A stretch of DNA of 63,516 nt, filler included, from Reticulomyxa filosa (taxonomy: Eukaryota; Protista; Foraminifera), in NCBI GenBank assembly GCA_000512085.1. It is 21 parts of 21 records of this genome, joined end to end, with 100 filler letters (N's around TTAATTAATTAA, not from the genome) between each part and the next. Parts side by side here need not be neighbours in the genome. Positions count along the whole stretch, not along the records: positions 38,759 to 46,240 come from ASPP01024525.1; positions 46,341 to 49,375 come from ASPP01020220.1; positions 49,476 to 52,427 come from ASPP01019768.1; 18 more parts are not named here. One strand, 5' to 3'. The translations under genes and the position numbers were made by a program. Of the stretch, positions 38,759 to 52,018 are shown one piece after another. Positions within the stretch are counted from its first letter, which is position 1, and every line of letters begins with the position of its first letter. The notes under the pieces are model-generated. The model saw nothing but the letters and a program-made list of their open reading frames with translations, ran no database searches and was not told the origin of the DNA.

Positions 38759-39565
38759 TTTTTTTGACATTGATTTTGTTAAGTTTGTGCATGTTCTTGT
38801 CATTTTTTTCCATTTTAATGTAAATTGTTTCCGAGTTCTTCTTTTGATCCAAATGGTCCATTTTTTAATACTTTCGTTTTCGCTATGCACCACAGATTTT
38901 CGATTTGGTTCAGATCTGGAGAATTTGATTGAAATTCAATACTTAGATAGAATTTTGTTCAAACTATTTTTTTGCTATAATATCTTTGTGGCTGGTAGCA
39001 TTATCTTGCTAAAATATACAATTTTCATTATCTTCTAAACCCCAATTAATGCTTTTTGAGCATTTCATCAACTATAATTTCTTTATAATATATGCATTTA
39101 CACATCAATTAATGTTACATGCATAAAAAGGTCTTAACACTACAAAGTAAGTCCACACGATTATAATTACACTGTCAATTTGATACTTTTATGATTAACA
39201 TCAGCTTCTGTTTACGCACACATTCATGACTTACACAAAATTGTTTTTCAATTTTGCGCAAACTCCGGCACTGACTTAACAGATCAACAGAATGTCTTTT
39301 GTTAAAATTTTCACTCCTTTAGTAATTTTCAAAAAAAATTAAAAAACAAATATTAAATTACATTTAGCTAAAAAAAAAAAGAATAATTATTTCAATATTT
39401 TATACTTTATTTTTAAATATTTAATAAAAAACCAAAATGATATTTAAAAAGTACATGATTTATAGATATTTTTAAAAAATTATGTCTGAATGTTGTTTTC
39501 TCATGTAGAAAATCAATCATCTCTATAAGATGCCGTTTTATGTATAAACTTTACTTTACTTTATA
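38759..39565 (-). mobile_element. Decayed Tc1/mariner DNA transposon: left end plus transposase remnant
   Basis: Minus strand 39030-38760 gives QDNATSHK...NSPDLNQIENLW.IAK.KV with stops. An HTH-like SLRKIEKQFCVSHECVRK lies at ~39270-39215 and a degenerate end repeat at 39434-39565. Confidence 0.85.
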
Positions 39566-40189
39566 ACAGACTACTGATTTGCAATTAAATCATCTCATGA
39601 CTAATTTCAATATTAAAACCAAGTAATTTTCACCACAAATTGAACTACAAAATGTTAATACCAAAATATGATAAACGACAATTAGTACTCAAACTATGGA
39701 AACACAACAAATCGTATTGTAACTATATTTTAAGTCTATTACGAAAGATAGTTCAGAAATCAAAGATAAGATTTCGTAATAATAAAACACAAATAAATTT
39801 GATGCTTATACTAGAACTACAAAGCAATTACTTGATAACATCTATAATCAAATACTGAAATCAATTTGGTACAATCTACATTTAGCTACTATGATCATTT
39901 AACCACGATTACGTCTACAGCTTATGGTCTATATATAGCAATACAATCAATAAAGTCACTAGTTTTTTTAATACTAACATTAAATTTTATCCTCGTTCAG
40001 TTCAACTTTCGTCTACTTAAAAGATTATTTACTTCAGTTGAGATTATACACTTTTAGAAAAAATAGTCTTTATCAAATCAGCAATGCCTTAAGAGACAGC
40101 AGATAAAAATTGAAATATTTACAATTGAAAATAGGGTATATCAACACCGAATGCAGAAATAACATTAACACAAGTGAGTGTATGTAAAT

Positions 40190-41295
40190 TTATGTACGAG
40201 AAATCATGTCAATATCTTGAGATCTTTCCTGGGGAGTATAAGAGCGTGGAGTAACAATATCACCAACAAATATTGGAGTAGAAGTAAAAGTAGTTGGAAC
40301 AGCATTAACACCAAAAAACCATTGTGAAGGATTAAGATGAAAAAATGTATCATAGCCCAGATGAGAGCCTAATCTATAAGTTTGGAGTATATCCGAAGGT
40401 TCATTAAAAGCTTTATCACGAATACCTAATTTCATATTATTACAAGGCATAGAACATCGTGAACAAGGGACAGTAATATGTATAATAGTATGATCACCAA
40501 TTTGTATCGACTTCCAATCATCTTCAATATGAGCATTATTCTTACTATTATCATCAACAGTATGTATTACAATATTAGGACGAAATCTTTCCATTTCCAA
40601 TGGTAAATCTTTTTTCGTAGTTTTATATTTTTGTAATAATTTTTCATTTAACAAATCTAATGATTCTTGTGATATAATAAGTATAGGAAAACCATCTGCA
40701 AATCCTGTATGAGGATTGTATTGTTTTAAAATTATTGGTGTTTTTTTATCTACAGTTTTACGATTATATGATTCATCAAATCTAACCAAACGGAATCCTT
40801 TATTATTGTTACTATTTTCATCTTTTAAAAACTCATCCAACCATTCTCCGATTTCATCTCCCATATCATAACATTTTATATTTTTAGAATTCCAAATAGA
40901 TGTTTCAAGTTTTTTTTATTTTCTGTTGACACATCAACCGTAATTGTTTTCATATTAGGTGCTTTTATTGTTAATGTATTATTTTTTAGATCTGGTAATA
41001 ATGGAGATATTAATGATAATTTTGGTATCTCTCTTTGTGTTTTGAATTTATTATTTTCTTCTGTAATTATGCAAAACATTCTATCATTTTCTAAACCACG
41101 CTCCGTTATTCTGCAATCTTTTACACTGATTCCTTTGCAAGATTTTATTGGGTACACTATTATCTCCTTTATTTTTACTTGCGCTTTTTCGTTAGACCGA
41201 CGCTTTGACGAAATGAAATACAATAAACAGATTACGGAGGCTGCTGCTACGCCACACAGCAGCGCCTTTCTGTTTCTTAGATTAAGCCAAGCCAT
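40190..41295 (-). CDS. MOSC-domain protein (mARC-like) with N-terminal membrane anchor
   Basis: IVYPIKSCKG, GLENDR.F, TQRE.PKL.LI, GFADGFP.L..S..SL..LN, MERFRPNIV, EDDW, PCSRC, FFGVN. One added A at 40910-40917 joins the two ORFs. Confidence 0.92.
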
Positions 41296-41634
41296 TCAAA
41301 AGAAAAATTAAGCACGTAAAAGAGAAACAGAACAAGACTTTTTTAAAGAAGCACAAAACCTAGAAGTAAAAAACTATTACACATTGTTAAATTTTTTTTC
41401 CAACAGCCATACATTATTTTAAAAAATAAATATCGAATCAAATTTTAATAACTCTTAAAATATTTTATGTAAATTCGATTTTTATTGAAGATTAACTAGA
41501 AAAAGGATGAAATACAAAATGAAAAGTAATTTTCTAGTTTAATAAAGCTGATTTACGATCGTTGTACTCACTGATACAACAATATTTATTTATGGTATGA
41601 TAACACAAACACACGCCAAAAAGCTAGTACAGTT

Positions 41635-43364
41635 TTACCACCATCGAAAAGCGCTTCCAAACATTGAGTTTTGGTTTGTTTTTACTTTTTTGAGATCTTC
41701 TTCTGAAAATTTAAGCACGGCAGATGCGATAGCCAATAAAGTCTATGTAATTATAAGAATAAACAATATGTATTACAAAATCCACAAGACAAAAAATGGA
41801 TCATTTACAAACCTCAGTATCCGTTTTCCCTTGGAAATAACTCAATAATACATTTTTGAGATATTCTGTATTGTCAGCAGACTTTTTAACATCTTGTGCT
41901 TCTTCCATGCGTGTCAATTGTTCTTGAGCATATTTGAACTCAGTTTCTTTCAATTTCTGTGCTTTATTGTGTGTATTTGTATTTGTATGATACGATGTAA
42001 AGAAAGGAAAATAAATGAATCCAAGCAGAACTTGTGCATCTTGTGATTCTTGCAACAGTTCTTGCAAGCGGCGGATTCTGGATTGCAATTCACTGATTTG
42101 TTGGTCCACATGCGATTGACCTTCAATTTGCAGACCGTCGTGATTGTTTGTAAGTTGGACGCAAGTCTCTGGTGACACAGAATTGGTTTTATGTTCCACA
42201 GTGGCATTTAAAGGAGGCTCCAATTGTGATATGAGATCGGATAATACACCAGAAGGCCCTGTTTATGTATGTGTATTATTTACTTATGTATTAACGTTTG
42301 AAATTTACTCTCTTCATCAAATTCGAAACACTGGATAGAAAATGCAGACAAACTTTGAAGAGAAGACTGGCTCTTGAGTTCTTCAGCCAAAACGGGAGAC
42401 TGGGATAAAACACTTGCGTTGCTGATGTTGATGTGAACAGCGGTGGAAGTAGAGACAGGTGTTTGAGAGTGAATGATACTGCTGTGAACACGAGTGTCTA
42501 GCACCTCCTCAATTGTTTGTGTTTCTTTATCGACTTTGTCTGTGTTGGTACTAGCGGCTGCTAATGAAACATGACTGTCCACAACTGTTGGCGACTGTTA
42601 CAATCAACAAGATATGCGAAATGTAACATAACACACATATTTCATATACACATATCAAACACATTAAACATATATAAAGCCAACCCGTCGTAGTTGATCC
42701 CGAATGGCAATCAGTTCTTTTTCTTTTTCTTCCATCATTGCTCGCACTTTTTCACGGTACTCGGTAAGTTTGGAGTTATACTTTTCTCGGTCTTTTGCCC
42801 GAACTGTAAATCAAGAGTTATCCATTTTTAAATATGTATTACATGCATAATATATGCATGCGTATGATGGATTGGAGAACTCTTTCCTAACTTTCTTCAA
42901 ATGAAGCGGATAAGGAGTTGCGTTCATCCAAGAATTGTTGTTGTGCGACGTCGAGATCTTGTTTTTTGAGTGTAATTTTTTTGTCGGCAAGGGATAAGTC
43001 ATTGTGAAGAGTTTGGATTTGCATTTTCATGTCGTTCACTTGTCTTTGCAGCGTATCGCATTTCGACTTCCAATCCTCGCCTTTCGACAGTCCATTCACA
43101 ATTTCTTCCAATTTTTGTTTTTCCTTTTCCAGTTGCGTCAACTTTCCGATGTGTTCTTTTTGCTTTTTTTTTGGTACATGTTTTTGTTTTTTTTTTATGC
43201 ACGTACTTACTGACACCATTTAGTATGCAAACAAAAAAAGCTAGCGCACTGTATCTAATTCTTCTTTTTGTTTGGACAACAATTCTGTCGCTTTCAGTTT
43301 GTACGATGCAAAAGCCTTTTCGACAGCAGCACGCTTTTCTTCTTCTTGAGTTTTGTCAATTTTC

Positions 43365-43401
<37 letters not shown>

Positions 43402-43968
43402 GATTTGGCTTTGACGAGAGTCGAGAGAAAAAAACAAAAATATAACAAAAAAAAGTGGTATATAGTTCAAACCAACTCTTGAATTTGACGTTCCATTCTT
43501 TTTTGAACGCCTTTCCAACGAGTATCGATGTTCCTCGTCACCATACTTTCCAACTTATTTTGTAATAATTCGGGTAGACTAAGTTCGTGTTCTTTCGCAT
43601 GCAGCTGTAATGTGCAATCGCATGACAAGTGCAAAAAGCAAGAGTGTGATCAATGCAACGAACAAACAGACAAAGACAAAATAGAAATACTTTATTCAAA
43701 TAGGTTTCTTGTGTCGTCCAAAAATATACCGGTTTGGCAAGTGGATCATTGCCAAAGTTTGATTGAGTTGAATGGCTTTCCTCCTTTGTGTTGCCGGGTT
43801 CACTTTGGCCCTCTTCGCTTGTCATGGAACCGGTTTTTTCTTTTATTGTTTTGTTTTTTTTGTGATTTTCTTAAATATTGTAAGAGGGATTAACAACAAT
43901 CAAAAAAAAAAAATGAGGGCGTGGTTAACTTTTTTTAAATACCATTTTGGTTCGCGACATGCAAAGAA

Positions 43969-44009
<41 letters not shown>

Positions 44010-45431
44010 TGATGATGATGATAATAATGAAGATGGAGAGAAATGATTCCATTGTATGAAACACCAAATAGTGTCATCTAAGAGAACACGATGAAGCACA
44101 GACAAATGGACCAACTGGTCACGATCCACTTGGGGATGCCAATGATCTTGTGTGGCCTTTTTCAACTGACTCAACTCCGCTGTCAGCTTTTCAATATGCA
44201 AATTGGTTGCCGTTTGATTGTATTCGTTCGATTCCACTTGTCGTCCTGCTTGTGACAAAAGGTCTTTCAGCTGTTCGTTTTGCTTCGTCATTTGTTTTAG
44301 CAAGTCTTCGAGTCTCTTTATCTCTGCATTCTTTTTTTTGCAAAAAAAAAAAAAAGTATAAACGGAAATCGAAAGAAATAAAAAGATTGCAAAAACATGG
44401 AGTTCTTGATTTTGTTTAAACATATCCAACGCTTGGATAGAAATCATATTCCACGATCGAATATCGTCTAAAATGGATTGATACGTTTTCTTGTCGTCGT
44501 CTGCATCGGCCATGGCTTCATTGGATAACAGTTGTCCACCACTGCTGTTGGCATTGGTATTAACAGTGATAGAGACACCTTTGCTTCGATTCAATTCTTG
44601 TTCCAATGGCTTGCATCGATCCAACGATCGCCTCACTTCCGATTGGACGCCACACAATTTGCGCTGCAGTTCATTGATTCGATTCTGGCTCTCTTTGTTC
44701 TTTTCCTCGCTGTTCTTCAATGACTGCTGCAGCTGCTCGCGCAATCTTTGCAGTTTCGTTATTGTTTGTCCATACTTTCTTAGCTTTTCATCTGCATTGT
44801 TGTCTGTTTTGTTGTCTGTTTTGTTGTCCGTCGTCTTCGTCGTCTGCTCATATCGCTCCACCAGTTCTCTCACCGCTGCTTCCACTTTCCATTCTTTCTC
44901 ATCCACATTCACAAATAATGAGCACTTTAACAATTCATCTTTTATCCTTTGTTATCATTATTGTTGTGTTGTTGTTTATTTATTTGTAGGGAAAAAAGAA
45001 AATGCTTTTCGATTATTCATTTGTATATTTCACTTGGTGAAAGTGTCGTTCTGCTCTGACAATGTGTTTTGCATCTCGTTCAGCGCTTTCCTATTTTTTG
45101 TTGATTTGTTTGCTTGCTACTATCACATATATTCGGTTACCAGTTTGATATTCCTGTTCTTGATGAAAGAGATTTTTTTTTTTGCACTGTACTGCAGGAT
45201 TTTTATTTCGTCATGTCTTTGCTCGTCTGTCACGCTGTCTTCTTGCCCTAATTTTATTCGGGTTTGATGTTTGAATTGTATTGTGTCAAAGGTTGTTTCT
45301 CTCCTTGCTGACACTTTGCTACACATCAAACTAGGACCTGTAGCAACCATATCAATTATTTCAACTGCTGTTGATGATTGTTCGGGTGAGATTAACACTG
45401 ATTCTGTTTGTCCCTCTATCTGTGTCGCCAT
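41635..45431 (-). CDS. GRIP-domain golgin (long coiled coil), multi-exon
   Basis: Many coiled-coil exons; spliced C-terminus NTEYLKNVLLSYF...|TLLAIASAVLKFSEEDLKKV...AFRWW* is a GRIP consensus. Confidence 0.85.
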
Positions 45432-45768
45432 TGAACAGAATATATTTGAGTTCACAAGGGTATAAAATTTTTCTTGATGAAAAGGACGTGCAAGAGTTCT
45501 AGTCTATGATGGCAATAAGAATTTGGTCTCTGCTCTGTATTTTAAAATAAGTTAATAATTGAACGAAAAAAAGCAACGGACACTGGAAAGAAATGAATAA
45601 ACAAGGGCCAAAAAAGTTCCAGTTGTAACAGAACCATGTCTGCCATTTGTTTTTCAGATGCATGATTAATGGCAATGAGATATTGAGAAAAGTAAATATT
45701 GACTAGAAGCAAAATAAAATTCATAATAATTCCCCACTAGCGGAGCAACAAACGATAAATAAGAAGTG

Positions 45769-46176
45769 ATGAGCAACGATAACGAGAGCGACAAAGAAGA
45801 AGTAAATGTAAATGACAGTGAAAGAGAAGACGTCGAGGAAGATTCGGACATGGACAATATAAAAAGAGAAGAAGACCAAGGACAAGAAGAGGAACAAGAT
45901 CAGGAAGAAGAAGTGGAAGAAGTGGAAGAAGAAGAAGAAGAAGAGGTGAGAGAAGAAGATTTAGACGCGAGTACCCAAAAGATAATTCAATTGTATGAGA
46001 TCATTAGTGAATTGATTGAAGAGCAAAAGGCAAGGACACAAGACTTGCATCTCCTGACCAAAGGAACAACCATTGAAGAGATAATGAAGATTGTGGAAGA
46101 GAGAAATGATACGTTTTTGCAATCGTTGCAAACAGAATTTGGATTGAAAAAAACCAGAGGATCAAGACCAACTTGA
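45769..46176 (+). CDS. Hypothetical acidic protein
   Basis: Open frame with a poly-E tract and a helical C-terminus. Confidence 0.5.
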   Translation: MSNDNESDKEEVNVNDSEREDVEEDSDMDNIKREEDQGQEEEQDQEEEVEEVEEEEEEEVREEDLDASTQKIIQLYEIISELIEEQKARTQDLHLLTKGTTIEEIMKIVEERNDTFLQSLQTEFGLKKTRGSRPT

Positions 46177-46340
46177 AGAAGGTTTATTTTCTTTTTAAAT
46201 TTTAATATATTCAGTTCGAAAGAGGATAGAGAGAGAGAGANNNNNNNNNNNNNNNNNNNNNNNNNNNNNNNNNNNNNNNNNNNNTTAATTAATTAANNNN
46301 NNNNNNNNNNNNNNNNNNNNNNNNNNNNNNNNNNNNNNNN

Positions 46341-46371
<31 letters not shown>

Positions 46372-46403
46372 GTCATTGGTATTGATATTTGTTGTTGTTG
46401 TTG

Positions 46404-47718
46404 TTATAGTAGTATTGTTACCACTGATATTATTGGACGGAGAAGAATAAGAAGAGGATGATGATGATGAGATGATGATGATGACACGCCAAAAGCATTT
46501 GCTGGAGAATTCTTAGCGTATGACTTGGAGTCATTTCGAAATTGAAACCATTCAAAGGGCTGACAGGAAATGCTGTCGGCGTAACTCATCATGACTCGCG
46601 TGGCGGTGGGCAATGAGCTGCTCGCCGCCAACAGCAACGACGTGGACGCCCCTTCCACGTGCAGCCACAGCCCATGGCGATCGCAGATCTTGCGGATGCG
46701 GTCCAAGTTGTCCATGTGCGTGCACATCACCACGCACGGCAGCTTTCCTTTGCTTTGATCGCGCTCATTTCTTGCTCCAACGTCTTCACGTCCATCGTCA
46801 ACACCGGCAGGGGCTCTTCCAGCGATTCTTTATGACGTGTCGGGATCGTCTTGAAGCTGCCATTCGTTTGCAGCAGCTCCCACGACACTCGTGCACGTTC
46901 GTGGCAGCGCCATCGATGGCGGTCGTCACCACTCCACGCTTTGAACAGAGAGCATTCCTTGGTTCCATAAAATACTGGAATTCGGGTTAAACTGAGCAAA
47001 TTTATTTTATTTATTTATTATTGTTATTATTATTAAAATTTGCGAAAATGCGTTAAAGTGAAAAAAAAAAAAAAAATAAATAAATAAAAAATAACCTTGA
47101 ACATCCTTCACTTGCAAGTAAAGGAAATCTTCGGTGTAATGCACATTGCAAAACAAAAAGTCGTGCTCTTTTGTCGTCGAAGGAAAAATGACATGCGAAA
47201 TAATGTTTGAAGTTTAAGAATTGTTTGACGATCGACCCGATGCGCTCTAACATATATCGACACAATTTGTTCAGCCACGACGGGGGCACGCTCATACATA
47301 GGTAATGTGCTAGGCATCGCACTAACAGGTCCCCCATTATTGGCTGATTGAACACCATCGCCGACGAATTTGCTGTCGATTCCGACTTTTCATTCGTCGC
47401 TGATACTAATATTTGATGAATTTGAGAAAGCACGTCTTGAATCGCTTCATTGTCAGATTGTCGAAACGCTTTATATATCATCTCTCGGATCGGCTTCACC
47501 AAATTTGTAACCACATCCACATTTTCTCGGCTCCCTGCATTACCCATACTTTCGCTATCTTGCTCCGACTCCAATAGACGCACCACTGAGTATAACGAAT
47601 GCCCAAAATTACTTAGCACGTCTTTTTCCATTGTTTTTTGAGACACATTATCATCCAATTCCGCTGATTTCGATTCTATTGATGTCATTGAGCGCGATTT
47701 GCCTTGAATTGATGCCAA
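46404..47718 (-). CDS. Group II PLP-dependent decarboxylase-like protein (PDXDC1-like), partial
   Basis: MDVKTLEQ...GKLPCVV...DNLDRIRKICDRHGLWLHVEG...ADSIS..P.EW. HVEG replaces the usual HVDAA, as in PDXDC1. Intron ~46995-47095; frameshift at ~46750. Confidence 0.75.
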
Positions 47719-48575
47719 TTATCCTTGCCACGTTCCGACAAATAAATGTGGATGAAAATTTTAATTTTTTTTTTCTCTTCCCCTAGACCTGTCCTCACGT
47801 TTCCTGCCGTGGGAGAGTGATCTGCTCTTTTCAAAAAAATATTTAAAAAAAAGTCAAGACTAACCAGATCTTAGTGGGCTTATGAATTAAACAAAATATA
47901 GAAATACGTTGTTGTAATGCAGGCTTCGATGTATGTGTTTCAACAAATTTTCGTATAATCAGTACTGTGTCCCGTTAAGACAATGTCTAGCACTTAAAAT
48001 TGAGAAATTTAGTCTCTACTCCAAACAACAAAGATGTTTTAGTGACTTAATCCAAGTGGCTCCAAAAATTTTAGAGAAGATTAAAAAAGAATAACACTTG
48101 TTCTTGGACTACGATTTATTAATTTAATGATAAATAGCATTACATTTGCAATCAAAATTCTCTGATAGATCAGTCAGTTATTGCATCAATAGCCCTTTGC
48201 ATGGTTAATGACGAACAGTTAAGGTTTGCTCTATTTAAATATTGGATGCTGTGCTTATTACATTTCTATTTGCTTGGATATCGCTTTTACAATCTCTTGC
48301 TGAAGTTGATTTTTCTGGACGAACTGATTCGCTTCGTTTTATTGGGTTGTCTGTCCTAAGTACTGTAAAATCTCGATAGCTGGAATTATAGAAAATTTGG
48401 TTTGCCTTCGACAAACCAGCTATTTATCACCTTTGGAATTCTGCAAATGGCTGTCAACCGTTTCGTAAGCTGAAGAAAACATGTTAATTGTTAGCAAGTG
48501 TTGGTTGTCAAAATTTGAGAGTCAACAAGGATTTTTTTTTTTGTATAATTTTTTTTTTTTATTTATTTATGTACC

Positions 48576-49320
48576 ATGCTTGCGCTGCAACAATCCTTCA
48601 CCAATATAGACAAAGAGATTGTTTCGAAGATATGGAAGTATTGTGCTAGAGATGCAAAGGAGACAGCTGCGGTCCTGCAGTTCATCACAGAGAAGAAGTT
48701 ACAACACCAATATTTGTGATTTTTTTTTTTGCATGAAAATCGATCAAAATAATAATTGAAACATAGAACGTCTTTGGAACAACAAAAGCATGTGTTGAAA
48801 TTATTCAAGCGCTTTGGCACAAAGATTGCAAAAATGACAATATTAAATACGTGGGACAGCTGCAAAGAGATATATTTGGATGCAATGAGAAAATTAAGGG
48901 AAAGTTGTTTTACTTGTAACGTGAACGAGTTAAAAGTGTATGGAGTTCTCTAGTTGATAAAAAAAAAAAAAAAAAGAGAATAGAATTGGGTGATTGTAAT
49001 TTTTGAGATGACATAGATTAGAAGAAAAGTCGGAATCGAAAATAACGAGAGAAATGTCTTTATATGTGTTGTGGAATATTTTGAACCATCCCACAAATAG
49101 CAAGTATCGTCAAGTGAGTGGTAATGCATTATATAGCAATTTGAAACGTAAATGTGATCAAGTTGATGCCAGTATTCCTCAAGTGATGCAAAGCATGGAG
49201 CAAAATTTGCGAGAATTTGGATTTAAAAAAGGGAAAGATGCAAATTGGTATTACCTCAAGCAAATTCAATTATTGGTTGTATGGGAATTGTATCTCAAAT
49301 GGATCCATGCGCAGCCAATG
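48576..49320 (+). CDS. CUE-like + PUB-like domain protein (lineage-expanded family), multi-exon, partial
   Basis: LQQSFTNIDKEIVSKIW; VLWNILNHPTNSKYRQVS...LREFGFKK..WYY, a PUB-like NI..P...KYR....GF pattern. Confidence 0.65.
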
Positions 49321-49339
49321 TATTGCATTACTTATATAT

Positions 49340-49375
<36 letters not shown>

Positions 49376-49475
49376 NNNNNNNNNNNNNNNNNNNNNNNNN
49401 NNNNNNNNNNNNNNNNNNNTTAATTAATTAANNNNNNNNNNNNNNNNNNNNNNNNNNNNNNNNNNNNNNNNNNNN

Positions 49476-49912
49476 TTAAAATCACAAGTCATCACTCCAG
49501 ATGTTTCTCCTTCTCCTTCTTCTTGTTCTTGTTGAGTTAACAATTGTAATTCTTTTTCTTGTTCAAATTGTCGTGGACACATCACATCTAATTCTCCAAT
49601 CAATCGTTTTGCTAATCGACTTTGATAATACAAACAATTGTTGTGTGGTTCGACTGGACAAGAATTTGAATTCTGAATTAGAAATTGGTTCAAACAACTC
49701 TCTCCAACGATTAATGTTTCATCCATTTTCTTGTGTTGTGGACAATCAATTTTCATAGGATTGTTGGCAATTTGTTTACAAATTAAACAAAGAAATTCGT
49801 TGATATCTTCAGATTGGCTCAAATGTAAAACCCAATTTTTTTCAAAGCACGCCTGCAGTTGAGGGAGTATTCGCCTGTCTTCTTTGTTTTTTTCATCTTC
49901 CAGTTTACTCAT
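49476..49912 (-). CDS. RING-like/TRAF-type zinc-finger protein, N-terminal part
   Basis: [19 protein letters not shown]....IVGESCL..FL....SCPVEPH....LDVMCPRQF. Confidence 0.78.
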
Positions 49913-50293
49913 TTTCTTCCCTTTAGCTTTATGTCTCTGAATTGATTTCAAAGTCTTTTTTGTTTTGAAGTTTCCTTGAATTAGAGAGTTTTTTTGTTGA
50001 CACAGAGTTACATTTTACTTTAAAAAAAGATCATATAACTAAGAGTAAATAAGACATTTGTTATTTTCATGACTGGAATGCATTGGGAAAAATCAAAATA
50101 AACATTGCCAGTTTTTCCTTTGTATTTGTATTTAACTAAAGTGTTCTCAAAAATAGATTTTGTTGTGGCTCATTCAGGATTTCTTATTTCTGTGACAAAA
50201 AAACAAATTTTTTCCATATCATATACGTGGAAACAAGTTGTGTAAAAAAAAATTTTTAGAAAATTTAATTTAATAGCTTTTAAACGAACGTCT

Positions 50294-52018
50294 TTGTTTA
50301 AGGTCTTTGTGACTATTGGAGGGAAGTCACATACGATAATGTTACCAGTTTTGACACTGGAACACTTGAAGCAGCAAGTCCTTCAAACCACTCTACCAAC
50401 ACATGCGAACGATGTATTGGAAGCGATCATTGACATAAATGGTGATAATATTCAAACTGACGAAAGTGTGATTCAGGCTTTTAAGAGAGATCCTGTGTAT
50501 TTTACTGTCCGATTTCAATCAGGTTTCTTTTTTAAATTTTTTTTTTTTTCGATAATTTATTTTGCTTTCGCATGCAAGAAATGAAGAAAATATTGACATT
50601 GAATAGAAGATATTTTAAAAAAGAACGAAGTTGAAAAATCGAAAATTGAAAATGAGGAAATTTTAGAAGCATTAGATTTTAAAAAGCATTGGAGTAGGAA
50701 CTGGAGAAGATCAAATGTAGAAGCTGCAAAAACAGTTGAACAGATGATCCGTAATAAAGACCAAGGATTGATCATTGTTGCATACAATACATTGCAATGG
50801 AAAAATAGAAATGATAATCTTGCTTCAATTATTCATTTAATAAACAATGAAAAAGAAGATACAAAAGAGTTGAACGATTATTGTATGTATGTAATAAAAA
50901 GAAAATTAGTTGTATTGGAAGATGTAAATATTGATGGAATTATGTATGTTATTAATTGTAAAGTTGAATGTAAAGGATATGTAAATGTTACAACGCAGAT
51001 ATTTGTTACAAAGGATGCTATTATTGATGAACAATTAAAACAATCTATTTCTCCAATTCTATGGAATACAAAAGTACATTATGATATTCCATTACAATTT
51101 CAAGATCTTGAAAACCAAAAAGAAGAATTTGCAAAACAAAAATTATTTGATGAATCTATTGTTTATTTGCAAAAATATTTACAAATTGCAAATAATATTT
51201 TTGGTTTGAATCATCATTATGTTGCAATTGCTTATAATATGATTGGGAATACCTATTATGATAAAAAACAATTTGAGAAAGCAATTGAATTTTATGAAAA
51301 ATCATTGAAGATTGCTTTACATATTTTTGGAAATAATTCAAGTTTGGTTTCACAATTATATGAAAATTTAGGATGTATTTATAATGAGAAAGGATTATAC
51401 AAGGAAGTAATTAAATATCATACAAAATCATTACAAATTCGATTAGAAATTTTTGGTATCAATCATATTCATACATCTTGGTCATATGCCTATTTAGGAA
51501 ATACTTATAAAAGAAAACACGAATACAATAAAGCAATAGAATGTTATGAAATGGAATTAAAAATTAGATTAGAGATTTATGGAAATAATCATGCTGCTGT
51601 TTCCAGTGCATATAATAATTTAGGAAATACTTATCAATGTAAAGGTAATTATAATAAAGCTACTGAATATCATGAAAAAGTATTACAGATCAGATTAAAT
51701 ATATTTGGAAAGGTTCATATTGATGTTGCTCATTCATATACAAATTTAGGAATAGATTATAAAAATAATGAATTTTATGACAAAGCAATAGAATGTTATG
51801 AAAATGCGTTAACGATAAAAAAGACAATATTTGGAAATATAAATAGAGAGATTGCTGATTCGGTTTGGAATTTGGGACTCATATTAGCAGAATCAGGAGA
51901 TAATACAACAGCATTCTGTTATATTGAAGAAGCATGGAAGATATATAGTACAGTATCAGGAGAATGGTCCAGAGAAACATTGCGAGCAAAACAAACAACT
52001 AAACATTTAGGTAAATAA
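50294..52018 (+). CDS. Tetratricopeptide-repeat protein (42-aa KLC-type TPRs), 2 exons
   Basis: About six repeats of IFG.NH..VA..Y.NLG..Y...G.Y.KAIE.YEK.L.IR. Confidence 0.92.

Noticed and set aside
2455-46760. Programmed ribosomal frameshifting suggested by breaks in A-runs (2458, 16975, 40912, 46750)
   Set aside because: These breaks fall in homopolymers, a similar break in the CLC gene has an extra base instead of a missing one, and the bacterial contig is frameshifted too. This is the pattern of pyrosequencing-type error; read polishing would settle it.
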